A program made the position numbers and the translations under genes. The notes beneath the pieces were generated by a model. The model worked only from the letters and a program-made list of their open reading frames with translations, was not told where the DNA came from and made no database searches. Shown piece after piece: positions 36,909 through 47,645 of a stretch of DNA of 64,000 bases. Every line of letters starts with the position of its first letter. The first letter of the stretch is position 1. The DNA is from a virus (Duplodnaviria; Caudoviricetes), in the IMG/VR virus record IMGVR_UViG_3300035520_000607, positions 1-64,000 of that record; one strand, written 5' to 3'.

Positions 36909-38832
36909 TAAATTAAATCATTATAGGGATTTGTATTATAATAAAGGTATATCTGAAATTTCAGATAAAGAATATGATACTTTATATAATGAACTTGAAA
37001 AGATGGAAAAAGAAACTGGAATTATTATGTCTAATTCTCCGACTCAAACAGTTGGTTATACAATATCAAAGGGGCTTAAAAAAGTTGTTCATTCGCATAA
37101 GATGCTATCACTAGAAAAAACAAAAAGTATTTCTGATTTAAAAAATTTTATTAATAAAGAAGATTGTATAGGAGATTGTATTATGTCTTTAAAGATGGAT
37201 GGACTAACAATCTTATTAACTTATGAAAATGGAAAATTAGTCAGAGGTGAAACAAGAGGAGACTCTATAGAGGGACAACTTGTTACAGAAGCAATAAAAC
37301 ATTTTGATAATGTTCCATTATCCATTCCTTTTAATGATTATTTTGAAATTGAAGGAGAAGCCATTATTACTTATGAAGATTTTAATCAAATTAATACAAA
37401 TGGGAATTATCAGAATCCAAGAAACTTAGCTAGTGGTACTTTAGCTCTTTTAGATACTAAAGAAATAGCAAAAAGACATTTGAAATTTATAGCCTGGAAA
37501 GTGCCTACAAATATTGCTTCTACTTACACAGAAAGATTTAAAATAGCAAAAAATTTTGGCTTTACTGTAGTTCCATATCTTATTGTAAACAATAATATTG
37601 AAGAAATAATAAGAACATTAAAAAAAGATGCAGAAAAATTATTTTATCCAATAGATGGTCTTGTTATTTCATATAATAATATCGAATATGGTTTATCTTT
37701 AGGAGAAACGACTCATGCTCCTCGACATTCTTTAGCCTATAAATTCTACGACGAGGAATATGGGACTACTTTATTAGACATTGATTATGATATAAGTAGG
37801 AATGGCATTTTAACTCCTGTTGCTGTATTTGAACCTGTTGAGATAGATGGTACAGAGGTTTCAAGAGCTTCATTATATAATATTTCAGTCATGAAAGATA
37901 CTTTTCACGGCCAAGGTTGGAAAGGTCAAAAAATAAAGGTTGTTAAAAGAAATCAAATAATACCTAAAATTGAATGGGCAGAAGTAGATGTTGAAACTGA
38001 AAAAGAATATCTTAATATCCCATCTACCTGTCCTATATGTGGCGGAGATACAATAATAAATGATAATGATGGTGTATTAGTACTTAAATGCGGGAATCCG
38101 CAATGTAGTGGTCTATTGGTAAACAGAATTGAACATATGTTTGGAAGGGGAGGTTTAGATGCAAAAGGAATATCAAAAGCAACTATTGGAAAACTTATTG
38201 ACTGGGGATGGGTCTCATCAATCAGCGATATGTTCACCTTATCAAGGTACAAGAGAGCGTGGGCAAACAAGGAAGGTTTTGGTGAGAAGTCTGTTGACAA
38301 TATTATCAGGTCAATCGAATCAAGTTCTAATTGCAACCTCGAATCCATCATCAGTGGAGCAGGTATACCACTTATTGGTAGAACAGTTGCAAGAGATATT
38401 GCCGCAAGATATGATACTTATGCTTCGTTTAAGAAAGACATCACAGGGGATTTTGATTTTTCGAGCATAAATGGATTTGGCTATGAAATGAATAAGGCTC
38501 TAAAAAACTTTGATTATACTGAATTAGATTATATTGTTGAAAATTATTTAACAATTAAAGAAAAAGAAAAAATAGTAGACAATAGTAATAAATTAGAAAA
38601 TTTAACATTTGTAATTACTGGAAAATTAAATAAAGAAGGTCAATTTAAAAATAGAGATACTTTAAAAGCCTTTATTGAAAAAAATGGCGGAAAGGTCGCT
38701 AGCGCAGTAAGTAAAAACACTAATTATTTGATTGCCAATCAAGAAGAAAATACAACTAAATATAATAATGCAAAAGCTCTAGGGATTAGCCTTATAACTG
38801 AAGAAGAATTCAAAAATATTTTTGACTTATAA
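36892..38832 (+). CDS. ligA: NAD-dependent DNA ligase
   Basis: ISDKEYD, MLSLEK, KMDG, TRGD, NPRN, DGLV, AYKF, Zn finger, BRCT. Confidence 0.95.
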   Translation: MKELISKLNHYRDLYYNKGISEISDKEYDTLYNELEKMEKETGIIMSNSPTQTVGYTISKGLKKVVHSHKMLSLEKTKSISDLKNFINKEDCIGDCIMSLKMDGLTILLTYENGKLVRGETRGDSIEGQLVTEAIKHFDNVPLSIPFNDYFEIEGEAIITYEDFNQINTNGNYQNPRNLASGTLALLDTKEIAKRHLKFIAWKVPTNIASTYTERFKIAKNFGFTVVPYLIVNNNIEEIIRTLKKDAEKLFYPIDGLVISYNNIEYGLSLGETTHAPRHSLAYKFYDEEYGTTLLDIDYDISRNGILTPVAVFEPVEIDGTEVSRASLYNISVMKDTFHGQGWKGQKIKVVKRNQIIPKIEWAEVDVETEKEYLNIPSTCPICGGDTIINDNDGVLVLKCGNPQCSGLLVNRIEHMFGRGGLDAKGISKATIGKLIDWGWVSSISDMFTLSRYKRAWANKEGFGEKSVDNIIRSIESSSNCNLESIISGAGIPLIGRTVARDIAARYDTYASFKKDITGDFDFSSINGFGYEMNKALKNFDYTELDYIVENYLTIKEKEKIVDNSNKLENLTFVITGKLNKEGQFKNRDTLKAFIEKNGGKVASAVSKNTNYLIANQEENTTKYNNAKALGISLITEEEFKNIFDL

Positions 38833-39044
38833 AAAAATTTTTGATATAATATATATGAAAGATGAAAGAAAAAGAAAGAATTAAAAAGTTGGCAACTAAT
38901 AGCCCATTTATTTAAGTCAACTTAATATAACTTTTCTTAAATCATCTAAAAGAAAAGCATATATAATTGACAAAATAAAAAATTTTTGATAAAATATATA
39001 TGTAATAAAATATTATAAGAAATTAAAAGGAGAGAAAGAAAATT

Positions 39045-39347
39045 ATGATGAAACCAAATAGTATTTTAGTTTATAACTATGTAAAAGAAAACGGAAGTAA
39101 AAACATTACAGCTGCTGATATAGCTGAAGGAACTGGATTAAATGTAAGAACAGTTAACGGTATCGTTACTGCTGCATTCCAAAGACATACTATCGTTGTA
39201 GATGGAGAAAAAGTTGCTCAACCATTAATGGTTAGAGAACCAGCTGAAATTGAATTAGCAGATAATACCCACCAAATGGTAAAATTTATTAAGTTAACAG
39301 AGGCTGGGGAGTCATTCAACCCTGAAGCATCTGATGACGCTGAATAA
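39045..39347 (+). CDS. Winged-HTH DNA-binding protein
   Basis: ITAADIAEGTGLNVRTVNGIVT...IKLTEAG. Confidence 0.75.
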   Translation: MMKPNSILVYNYVKENGSKNITAADIAEGTGLNVRTVNGIVTAAFQRHTIVVDGEKVAQPLMVREPAEIELADNTHQMVKFIKLTEAGESFNPEASDDAE

Positions 39348-39420
39348 TAAAATAATTAAAAAATAAATAGAGTGATTAATATTCACTCTATTTATTTTAG
39401 AAAGGATAAATTTAACAGAT

Positions 39421-41612
39421 ATGTGAATATTTTTTATAATTATTTTGTTCATTTTAAGCTTAGTTATTTTTTATAAAACTTATAAATTATCACAAAGTAT
39501 AAAAATTATTGAAAATAATAACAATGCAATTAAAATTGAAAGAAAAAAATTAGAGTCAGAGAACAAAAATATACAAAAAGAAATAGATGTAAAAAAATCT
39601 TCATTAGATGCTATTCAAGCCTCATTAGAAAAATTAAAAGAAACATCATGCAAATCATTTGAAGAATATACAAATTTACTTCAATATCAATATCAACAAG
39701 AAGAAAAAGAGTATGACAATGCAATAGACGCTTTAAGACATAGCTATCAACAGTTACAAGATAAATTAAGTGCGGAAATGGGTGAAGCGCGCGAAGATCT
39801 AGAAAAAGTTCGTTCAACGAGAGCCGCCGCAATTCAAGCACAATTAAAAGAACAAGAAATAAAAGATCAACAATCTTTCTATTGCCCTCAAGTGCCTGAA
39901 GACGAGCTTAATGATGCTAGGGCTCTCCGCGCAATAGAATATAAACTTAATAACCCAAGAGTATTAAGAATGCTGATATGGCAAACTTACTATCAAAAGC
40001 CAATTAATCAAGTATGCGCAAATATTTTAGGAGGCGCAACCGCAGTTAAATGTGGAATTTATAAAATAACAAATCAAATTGATGGAATGGTGTATATAGG
40101 TCAAACGGTCAATTAATCGGCCGATGAAAAACTTTACTTACTAGCTGGTAGGGGTTATCTTTTAAGATAGCTAACGAGGAAGGAAAATTTAAAAAATTTT
40201 ATAATCTCGTGGGAAAATTTGGTTAATCCATCCTTTATAAAAATAACATACAATGAAGGGATAAAAATATTTTATAAAGGAGTTAGATATTATGAAAAAA
40301 ATTAATATTAATGATACTACAGTAATAACAGGTATATATTTAATTAAATATCCAAATAGCAAAGTCTATATTGGGCAAGCACAAAATATTCATTTACGAA
40401 TATTAGAACACAATAGTAGAGCTAAAAATAATAGACGCGGAGATGGCAAAAAACCTCAACTATGTGATAGTAAAATACGAAAATATTTTCCTGATGGAGT
40501 AAAAGAATATTATATTTTAGAAGAATGTTTAATAGATAAACTTGATGAGAGAGAAAAGTATTGAATTAATTTATATGATGCACTAAATAAAGAGAAAGGG
40601 TATAATTTTTTAGACAAAGGAGATGTATCTGGACGCAGGGGCGTTGATAATGCCAATGCTTCTTTGACAAAAGAGCAATTAGGGAAAATTATAGATTTAT
40701 TATTAAATCATTATGAGCTTTCTTATAGAGATATTGCTCAACAAGTTGGGACGTCTTTAAGAGTAGTACAAAATATTTCTTGGGGAAAAAGTTATATTAA
40801 TGATAATTTATCTTATCCATTAAGGAACAATATACATAATTTTGCAAAGAAAGATAAAGTAACAGATTATTTTAATTCTGAAGTGTTTTTAATTAATTTA
40901 AAAGAAGATTTAAAATATAGCTGGTGGCTTGCTATAGAAACAGATTTAGTCAATAAATATAAGATACCTCTAAATATTTTAAGAGAAATAAACCATGGAG
41001 AAAAATTCAGTGAAATAGGAGATTATACTTATCCCATAAGAAATAAAAATATAAGAAACAGATATAATTTATCCAAAGAGGATATTATAAATCTATTAAA
41101 TGATTTAAAGAATACTGACATTTCTATGACTGAATTAGGAAAAAAATATGGCTTTGGAAGAGCTGCAATTTCAAACATTAACAAAGGTTTAGCTTATCCA
41201 ATAAAAGGATATAACTATCCTGCTAGATTAACCAAATAACCTGTATCGACTATTCCCTAAGCCTTCTGGGCAGGGAAGTAGGGCTACTATTAGCACGTAG
41301 CAGCATTTTAGGAAACGAAGTGCTTTAAATGCCGAAATGGTTTCCTTTAATTATATAATTAAAGTAAGAAATAGTCAAAGCGATATCGCAACCCGCTGAA
41401 AAAATCATGCTAAGTGCGGATTGGGGATAGATACTCCCGCAGGAAATAAGCTTTATAAAGCTATGCAAGAAGTTGGTCTAGAGAACTTCTCTTTTGAATT
41501 ATTAGAAGAATGTTCAAAAGATGAATTAAATGAGAAAGAAAAATATTATATTGAATTATATCAATCTTATGAATTCGGATATAACTCAAACGCTGGAATA
41601 AAAAAGAATTAG
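39421..41612 (+). CDS. Membrane-anchored coiled-coil protein with C-terminal GIY-YIG domain; spliced exons 39421-40109 and 41381-41612, TGA=Trp at 39424 and 41397
   Basis: Splicing restores CGIYKITN...YIGQTV|DIATR-W-KNHAKCG...LYKAM...NFSFELLEEC...E..YI..Y...GYN. Confidence 0.8.
40110..41380 (+). mobile_element. Group I intron
   Basis: 5' exon ends in U with P1 CGGT/GCCG (U.G); P7 GACTAT (about 41249)/ATAGTC (41371); terminal G; in-frame exon joining. Confidence 0.85.
40292..41239 (+). CDS. Intron-encoded GIY-YIG homing endonuclease with HTH repeats (TGA=Trp at 40562)
   Basis: GIY...VYIGQA..I..R..EH; EREKY-W-INLYD....GYN joins two track ORFs in frame. Confidence 0.85.
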
Positions 41613-41662
41613 TTGATTATAAATGAAAAAAATAATATAATATAATTATAGAAAGGAACTTT

Positions 41663-42274
41663 ATGAAAAATTTTAATAAGAATAAAAGAAATTGTTATGA
41701 ATACTTTATAAAAAATCCTGATTATAAGATTTCTAATCTATTATTAGATAATAGTTTTAATAATAGAGAAATTTCTATTAATAGTATTACTGCGGAAACA
41801 GCTGAACAAATTGATAATTTAATCCGATTATGGAACTCTATTGATGAAGAATCTATTCAAGAAGAAAGAACTCCAATTAAAATTTATATTAATTCATTAG
41901 GCGGATCTTTAAGCGCCGCATTATCAATAGTAGATTCAATAAAATTATCAAGAACGCCAGTTTGTACCATTAATCGCGGAAATGTTTGTAAAGAGAGCTT
42001 TTATATCTTTTTAGCGGGAATGCGTAGATATTCTTACCCTCGTTCAAGTTTCTATTTTGAAAAGGGTTTAAAGCCATTTAATATAAATGACTCTATTGAT
42101 GATAACTATAATGCTTATTGTGATACTATTGCCGCAGAATTAAAATCTATGATCCTAGAGAATACTAAGATTTCAGAATCTGAATATGAAAAGCGTAATG
42201 GTTGGTGGATTACCGCAGAAAAATCTTATGAACTAAAGATAAGTCATGAAGTATTAAGATCAAAATTTTTATAG
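41663..42274 (+). CDS. ClpP-like protein lacking catalytic Ser/His
   Basis: PIKIYINSLGGS...IVDSIK...PV.T...G; AASMG position reads VCKES, IHQP position reads FEKG. Confidence 0.75.
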   Translation: MKNFNKNKRNCYEYFIKNPDYKISNLLLDNSFNNREISINSITAETAEQIDNLIRLWNSIDEESIQEERTPIKIYINSLGGSLSAALSIVDSIKLSRTPVCTINRGNVCKESFYIFLAGMRRYSYPRSSFYFEKGLKPFNINDSIDDNYNAYCDTIAAELKSMILENTKISESEYEKRNGWWITAEKSYELKISHEVLRSKFL

Positions 42275-42372
42275 TTTTGGTCAATTAAGATTAAAGTTGA
42301 CACTGTAAAAAAATTTTGATATAATAATTATATGAAAAAAAGAAATAATAAATAAAGAAAAGGAGAAATTAT

Positions 42373-43308
42373 ATGAGAAAAGCAATTAATACTGAAAAAA
42401 TAGAAGGATATGTATATCAACATAATTTATCAATTAAGACAGTTCAAAATCAAGCTTCTTCAAATTATGGTAAGAATTTTATTTCTGGTAATTTAGAAGT
42501 TGCAGTAGATGAAGCAGGACTAAACGTTATCCCAGTTCATTTTACTTATGTAACTGAAGAAAATGCATCAGGAAATAAAAACATTACTTATGAAAATTTA
42601 AAGAGAATTATCGAAGATAATAAAACTTGGATTTCTGTTGGAAAGGACGCTGCACAAAAGGTAAGAATCAATACAGCTATAGCCTTAAATGATTTCTATA
42701 ATAGAAATGATGAATTAGTTTCTACTAAGACTAATGAAGGCGGATTTGTTACTTTAGTTACTGAATTAGGTAAAGAAGATGAAAGAAATCTATTTACAGC
42801 TGATATGGTTGTTACAAGTGTAAGAACAGTAGAAGCAGATCCAGAAAAAAATATAGATAAAGATTATGATATTATAAAAGGAGCTATCTTCAATTTTAGA
42901 AATGATTTATTACCTGTAGAATTTACAGTTAAAGATAGCGATGGTATGTCATATTTTGAAGGTTTAGGAGCATCAAATTCAGAGCCTGTTTATACAAAAG
43001 TATGGGGTAGAATTGAATGTAGAACAATAGTTAATACAATAACTGAAGAATCTGCATTTGGTGAAGGTTCAGTTAGAACATTTGAAAGAAAAACTAAAGA
43101 ATGGACTATTACTGGAACAGCAAAAGTACCATATGACTTTGGAGATGAAAGCGTATTAACTCCTGCGGAATTAGCTAAAGCAGCTCAAGATAGAGAGATA
43201 ATGTTAGCAGATACTAAAAAACGTAGTGAAGAATATCGTGCAGATCATACAGCTTCAGCACCTGCAACTGCTAGTGTTGTTGCAGCACCAGGGGGATTTA
43301 ACTTTTAG
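42373..43308 (+). CDS. Putative phage ssDNA-binding protein
   Basis: Position before Sak4-like ATPase; beta-rich; flexible C-terminus ending in F. Confidence 0.55.
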   Translation: MRKAINTEKIEGYVYQHNLSIKTVQNQASSNYGKNFISGNLEVAVDEAGLNVIPVHFTYVTEENASGNKNITYENLKRIIEDNKTWISVGKDAAQKVRINTAIALNDFYNRNDELVSTKTNEGGFVTLVTELGKEDERNLFTADMVVTSVRTVEADPEKNIDKDYDIIKGAIFNFRNDLLPVEFTVKDSDGMSYFEGLGASNSEPVYTKVWGRIECRTIVNTITEESAFGEGSVRTFERKTKEWTITGTAKVPYDFGDESVLTPAELAKAAQDREIMLADTKKRSEEYRADHTASAPATASVVAAPGGFNF

Positions 43309-43339
43309 TTAAACCCCTTTCAATTAAAGGAGAATAAAA

Positions 43340-44338
43340 ATGGCAATAGACTTATTAAAAATCACTCCTTACCAAGTTAGTAGGGATCTTAGTGGATATA
43401 TTACATATATATATGGGCCCGCAAAAGTAGGAAAAACAACTCTTGCTTCGCAAATGCCAAAACCACTTTTATTAGCTTTTGAAGTTGGTTATCATGCCTT
43501 GCCAGGGGTTATGGCGCAAGATATTACTTCATGGTCTGAAATAAAACAAGTATTAAGAGAATTAAAAAAACCAGAGGTTAAAGAAATGTTCTCTACAATT
43601 TGTATAGACACTGTAGATATTGCGGCAAACCTTTGTGAAAAATATGTTTGTAGTCAAAATGGTGTAGATACTATTAGTCAAATACCTTATGGTCAAGGAT
43701 GGACATTATTAAAAAAAGAGTTTGAAAGCACTTTCAGAGCAATAACTCAACTCGGATATGCCGTATTTTTCATATCCCATTGTAAAGAAAGTACATTTAA
43801 AAGACCAGATGGAACAGAATATTCTTTAATTAGACCTTCTGTAACTAGTACTTATAATAGTATTATAGAAAATATGACTGATATATATGGATACATGCAT
43901 CCAGTTGTTCAAGACGGTGTTACAAAAGTAAAAATTACTTTACGTTCTGTAGATGGAACTATTTCCGCAGGTGGTCGTTTCAAATACATGGCTGAAGAAA
44001 TTGATTCAGATTATGATTCTTTAGTTAAAGCCCTTAATGATGCTATTGATAAAGAAGCTCAATTAACTGATAATAAGTTTGTAACAGATGAAAAACATAT
44101 TACAGTAAAAGAAGAATTAGATTTTGATAAAATATTAGAAGAATTTAATTCAATGGTTAATAAATTAATTGCAGATTCTTCTGAAGAAGACTTTGTAAAT
44201 ATTTGGCAACCTCGTATTATTGAGATTACTGAAAAATACTTAGGTAAAGGTAAAAAGGTAAATCAATGTACTAGAGATCAAGTTGAAATGTTAAGTTTAA
44301 TTGTATTTGACTTAAAAGATTTGATCGAAAATAATTAA
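43340..44338 (+). CDS. AAA_24 / Sak4-like ATPase (recombinase)
   Basis: YGPAKVGKTT, LLAFE.G, IDTVD, GQGW, FISH. Confidence 0.8.
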   Translation: MAIDLLKITPYQVSRDLSGYITYIYGPAKVGKTTLASQMPKPLLLAFEVGYHALPGVMAQDITSWSEIKQVLRELKKPEVKEMFSTICIDTVDIAANLCEKYVCSQNGVDTISQIPYGQGWTLLKKEFESTFRAITQLGYAVFFISHCKESTFKRPDGTEYSLIRPSVTSTYNSIIENMTDIYGYMHPVVQDGVTKVKITLRSVDGTISAGGRFKYMAEEIDSDYDSLVKALNDAIDKEAQLTDNKFVTDEKHITVKEELDFDKILEEFNSMVNKLIADSSEEDFVNIWQPRIIEITEKYLGKGKKVNQCTRDQVEMLSLIVFDLKDLIENN

Positions 44339-44445
44339 GAGATAAAAGGAGAAAGGAGAGAAGATTATTAATATTTAAAATAATCTTCTCTTTTTGATTT
44401 TAATTTAAAAAAATGATATAATATTTATATAGAGGTGATAAATAA

Positions 44446-44961
44446 ATGGCTAAAAAAATTGTAAAATGTAAATTTTGTCAAATGTCTTTTGATAGAAATA
44501 GTGAGCCATATGTTTATATAGAAAAATCTCGAAGATATGCTCATCAGAAATGTTATGAAGAGAATCAAGAAACTTATAGTCAAGAGGAATTAGATTATAA
44601 AGAGTTAGAAGATTATATAAAAAAACTCTTTAATAAAAATGTAGTTCCCGCAAGAGTAAAGAAACAGATAAAAGACTATAAAGAAGAATATGGATATACT
44701 TCTAGTGGAATTTTAAAAACTTTATATTGGTGGTATGAATTAAAAAACAATTCAACAGAGAAAGCTAATGAAGGAATTGGTATAGTTCCCTTCATTTATG
44801 ATGATGCAAAAGATTATTATTATAGATTATATTTAGCGCAAATAGCTAACAATTTAATTAATGAAAATATACCTAAACCAGTAGTACAAGAAATAGAAAT
44901 TGGATCACCGCGCGTCCGCACTGACCCTATTAAATTATTTGATTTTGAAGATGAAGATTAG
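44446..44961 (+). CDS. Zn-finger protein, possible helicase loader
   Basis: CKFC...HQKC; GIGIVPFIY; upstream of helicase. Confidence 0.6.
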   Translation: MAKKIVKCKFCQMSFDRNSEPYVYIEKSRRYAHQKCYEENQETYSQEELDYKELEDYIKKLFNKNVVPARVKKQIKDYKEEYGYTSSGILKTLYWWYELKNNSTEKANEGIGIVPFIYDDAKDYYYRLYLAQIANNLINENIPKPVVQEIEIGSPRVRTDPIKLFDFEDED

Positions 44962-44972
44962 GAAGGTGAATT

Positions 44973-46514
44973 ATGAGCAATAAGTATGTAGATGTTACTT
45001 CTATTGTGCAAGTAATAGGTTGCATTTATCAAGATCCAGATCTATTAGATAATGAAGGTTATTTTTTTAATCAAGATGATTTTATTGAAGAATTTCATAA
45101 GATAATATTTGGTTCAATATATAATTTACATGCGCTAGGCGCAAAAGCAATAACTATTAATGCAATAGAAGATTATTTAAAAGACAGACCGAAAAGTTTA
45201 GCAGTGTATAAAAATAATAAAGGAAATGAATACTTAGAAAAAATATCTAGCAATATTCAACTTTCTACTTTTGATTATTATTATCAAAGAATGAAAAAAA
45301 TGACATTATTAAGAATGTATAATAATATAGGAATGGATTTATCTTGGCTATATGACCCTGACAATATCTTAGATGTGAAAAAGAAACAAGCTCAAGAAGA
45401 TTGGCTAGATAATACTTCTCTTGAAAGAATTGCGGAAATCATTGATGATAAGATAGCAAATGTCAAAATGAAATATATTGATGATGCAAACTCAGATTTA
45501 ATTCAAGCAGGGGAACATTCATTAGAGTTAATTGAAAGTTTAAAAGAGCGCCCAGAAATTGGATATCCAATGTTCGGTCCATTAATTAATACAGTAACAA
45601 GAGGAGCGAGATTAAAAAAGTTTTACTTGAGGTCAGCAGCAACAGGCGTAGGTAAAACAAGAGCAATGATAGCTGATGCATGCAACTTCGCTTGTGATGA
45701 GTTATATAATTCTGAAACTAAAAAATGGGAATTAAATGGGACAAAAGAACCAACCATATATATAACAACAGAACAAGAAGTAGATGAAATTCAAACAATG
45801 ATGTTAGCCTTCTTATCTGATGTTAATGAGAATCATATTGTATATAATACATATACGAGTGATGATGAATATGATAGAGTTATTTATGCGGCAAACCTTT
45901 TAAAGAAATGTCCAATATATATTAAAAAGTTGCCAGACTTCTCTATGAAAGATATAGAAAATATAATTAAATTCAGTATTAGAGAATGGGGCGTCCGCTA
46001 TGTTTGCTTTGATTACTTGCATACAAGTATGAAAATATTAAGTGAAGTTACTTCTAGAACTGGAATTAAGGGTTTAAGAGAAGACAATGTATTATTTATG
46101 ATTTCTATTAAATTAAAAGAAATATGTAATGAATATGGTGTATTTATTATAACATCAACTCAATTAAATGCAGATTATATTACCGCACAGCAATATGACC
46201 AAAATTTATTAAGAGGAGCTAAATCAATAGCAGATAAAATAGATTTAGGTATGATTATGTTACAGACGAGCCAAGAAGATAAAGAGGCGCTTAGAGAGAT
46301 AGTTATGAAGGGCGGATTTGAAGAACCAATAATAAAAATTTCTATATATAAAAATCGTAGAGGTCAATATAAAGATATATTATTATGGTGCAAAGCAAAT
46401 AGAGCAACTTGTAGAATTATTCCTATGTTTGCTACTGACTATCAGTATAAATTAGTTGATATACCTGATTTAAAAATTAATGTAAATCCAAAAATACAAG
46501 CGTCCGCTTTTTAA
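44973..46514 (+). CDS. dnaB: Replicative DnaB-like helicase
   Basis: SAATGVGKTR, ITTE, FDYLH, STQLN, LRGAKSIADK.D, KNRRG. Confidence 0.88.
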   Translation: MSNKYVDVTSIVQVIGCIYQDPDLLDNEGYFFNQDDFIEEFHKIIFGSIYNLHALGAKAITINAIEDYLKDRPKSLAVYKNNKGNEYLEKISSNIQLSTFDYYYQRMKKMTLLRMYNNIGMDLSWLYDPDNILDVKKKQAQEDWLDNTSLERIAEIIDDKIANVKMKYIDDANSDLIQAGEHSLELIESLKERPEIGYPMFGPLINTVTRGARLKKFYLRSAATGVGKTRAMIADACNFACDELYNSETKKWELNGTKEPTIYITTEQEVDEIQTMMLAFLSDVNENHIVYNTYTSDDEYDRVIYAANLLKKCPIYIKKLPDFSMKDIENIIKFSIREWGVRYVCFDYLHTSMKILSEVTSRTGIKGLREDNVLFMISIKLKEICNEYGVFIITSTQLNADYITAQQYDQNLLRGAKSIADKIDLGMIMLQTSQEDKEALREIVMKGGFEEPIIKISIYKNRRGQYKDILLWCKANRATCRIIPMFATDYQYKLVDIPDLKINVNPKIQASAF

Positions 46515-46536
46515 TCTGGAATGGAGGGAACAATAG

Positions 46537-47628
46537 ATGAAATTAAAAGAGTTATCTGAAAAAATTAAAAATGATTTAGATATTAATCAAGTGTTTGATC
46601 TATTGTTCTCTTTTGGCGGCGATCCAGTTATTCAAAATAATATGATAATATCAAGAACAATATGTCACGGTGGAGACTCTCATAAATTATATTATTATGA
46701 TAACAGCAAACTTTTCAAATGCTATACTGCTTGTTCATCTAGCTACGATATTTTTGAATTAATCATTAAAATTAAGAAAGTAAATGGTGTAGAAATTTCA
46801 TTGCCGCAAGCTGTTAATTTTATAATTAATTATTATGGTTTAACAATAGAAAATGAAAATTTTCAACAAGAACGAGAAGAACTTCAAGACTGGAAAATTT
46901 TAAATAAATATGAGAAAAATAACTTAGATAAAAAAGAAGAAAAAATTGTAGAGTTCAAATTTTATGATAAAAAAATTCTAGAGCATCTTCCGCATCCGCA
47001 TATAATTCCGTGGGAGCGAGAAGGAATTAATAGAACTGTTATGGAGTATGATGGGATATGCTATGACCCTTCTAACCAAGGTATAGTGATTCCGCATTAT
47101 AATATAGATGGAAAATTAATTGGGATAAGAGAAAGAACATTAATAAAAGAAAATGAAGATAGCGGAAAATATAAACCCGCAATATTAAATTATAAAATGT
47201 ATAATCATAGTTTAGGTTTTAATTTATATAATCTTAACAATAGCAAAAATATAATAAAAAAGATAAAGAAAGTTATTGTATTTGAGGGCGAGAAGAGTGC
47301 GCTCCTATACCAGAGTTATTTTGGAATAGATAATGACATATCAGTCGCGGTATGCGGTAGCAATTTAACTAATTATCAAGTTGATCTACTATTGTCATTA
47401 GGGGTAAGTGAGATAATTATAGCGTTTGACAAACAATTTAAAGAGATTGGAGACGGCGAGTGGAAAACTTGGACAAAGAAATTAACTGATATAAATAAGA
47501 AATATAGTAGTAAAGTTTTAATAAGTTTTATATTTGATAAAGAAAATATGCTAGGATATAAAGATTCACCAATCGACAAAGGTAAGGAAATTTTTTTGGA
47601 ATTGTTTAAAAAAAGAGTTATAATATAA
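46537..47628 (+). CDS. dnaG: DNA primase
   Basis: Zn motif TICHGG..CYT.C; IPH, TOPRIM FEGEKS and IIIAFDK. Confidence 0.85.
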   Translation: MKLKELSEKIKNDLDINQVFDLLFSFGGDPVIQNNMIISRTICHGGDSHKLYYYDNSKLFKCYTACSSSYDIFELIIKIKKVNGVEISLPQAVNFIINYYGLTIENENFQQEREELQDWKILNKYEKNNLDKKEEKIVEFKFYDKKILEHLPHPHIIPWEREGINRTVMEYDGICYDPSNQGIVIPHYNIDGKLIGIRERTLIKENEDSGKYKPAILNYKMYNHSLGFNLYNLNNSKNIIKKIKKVIVFEGEKSALLYQSYFGIDNDISVAVCGSNLTNYQVDLLLSLGVSEIIIAFDKQFKEIGDGEWKTWTKKLTDINKKYSSKVLISFIFDKENMLGYKDSPIDKGKEIFLELFKKRVII

Positions 47629-47645
47629 AAAAAGGAGAATGATTA

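Noticed and set aside
38862-38915. Tiny ORF MKEKERIKKLATNSPFI behind a promoter
   Set aside because: 17 codons, probably a deletion remnant; not supportable as a gene.
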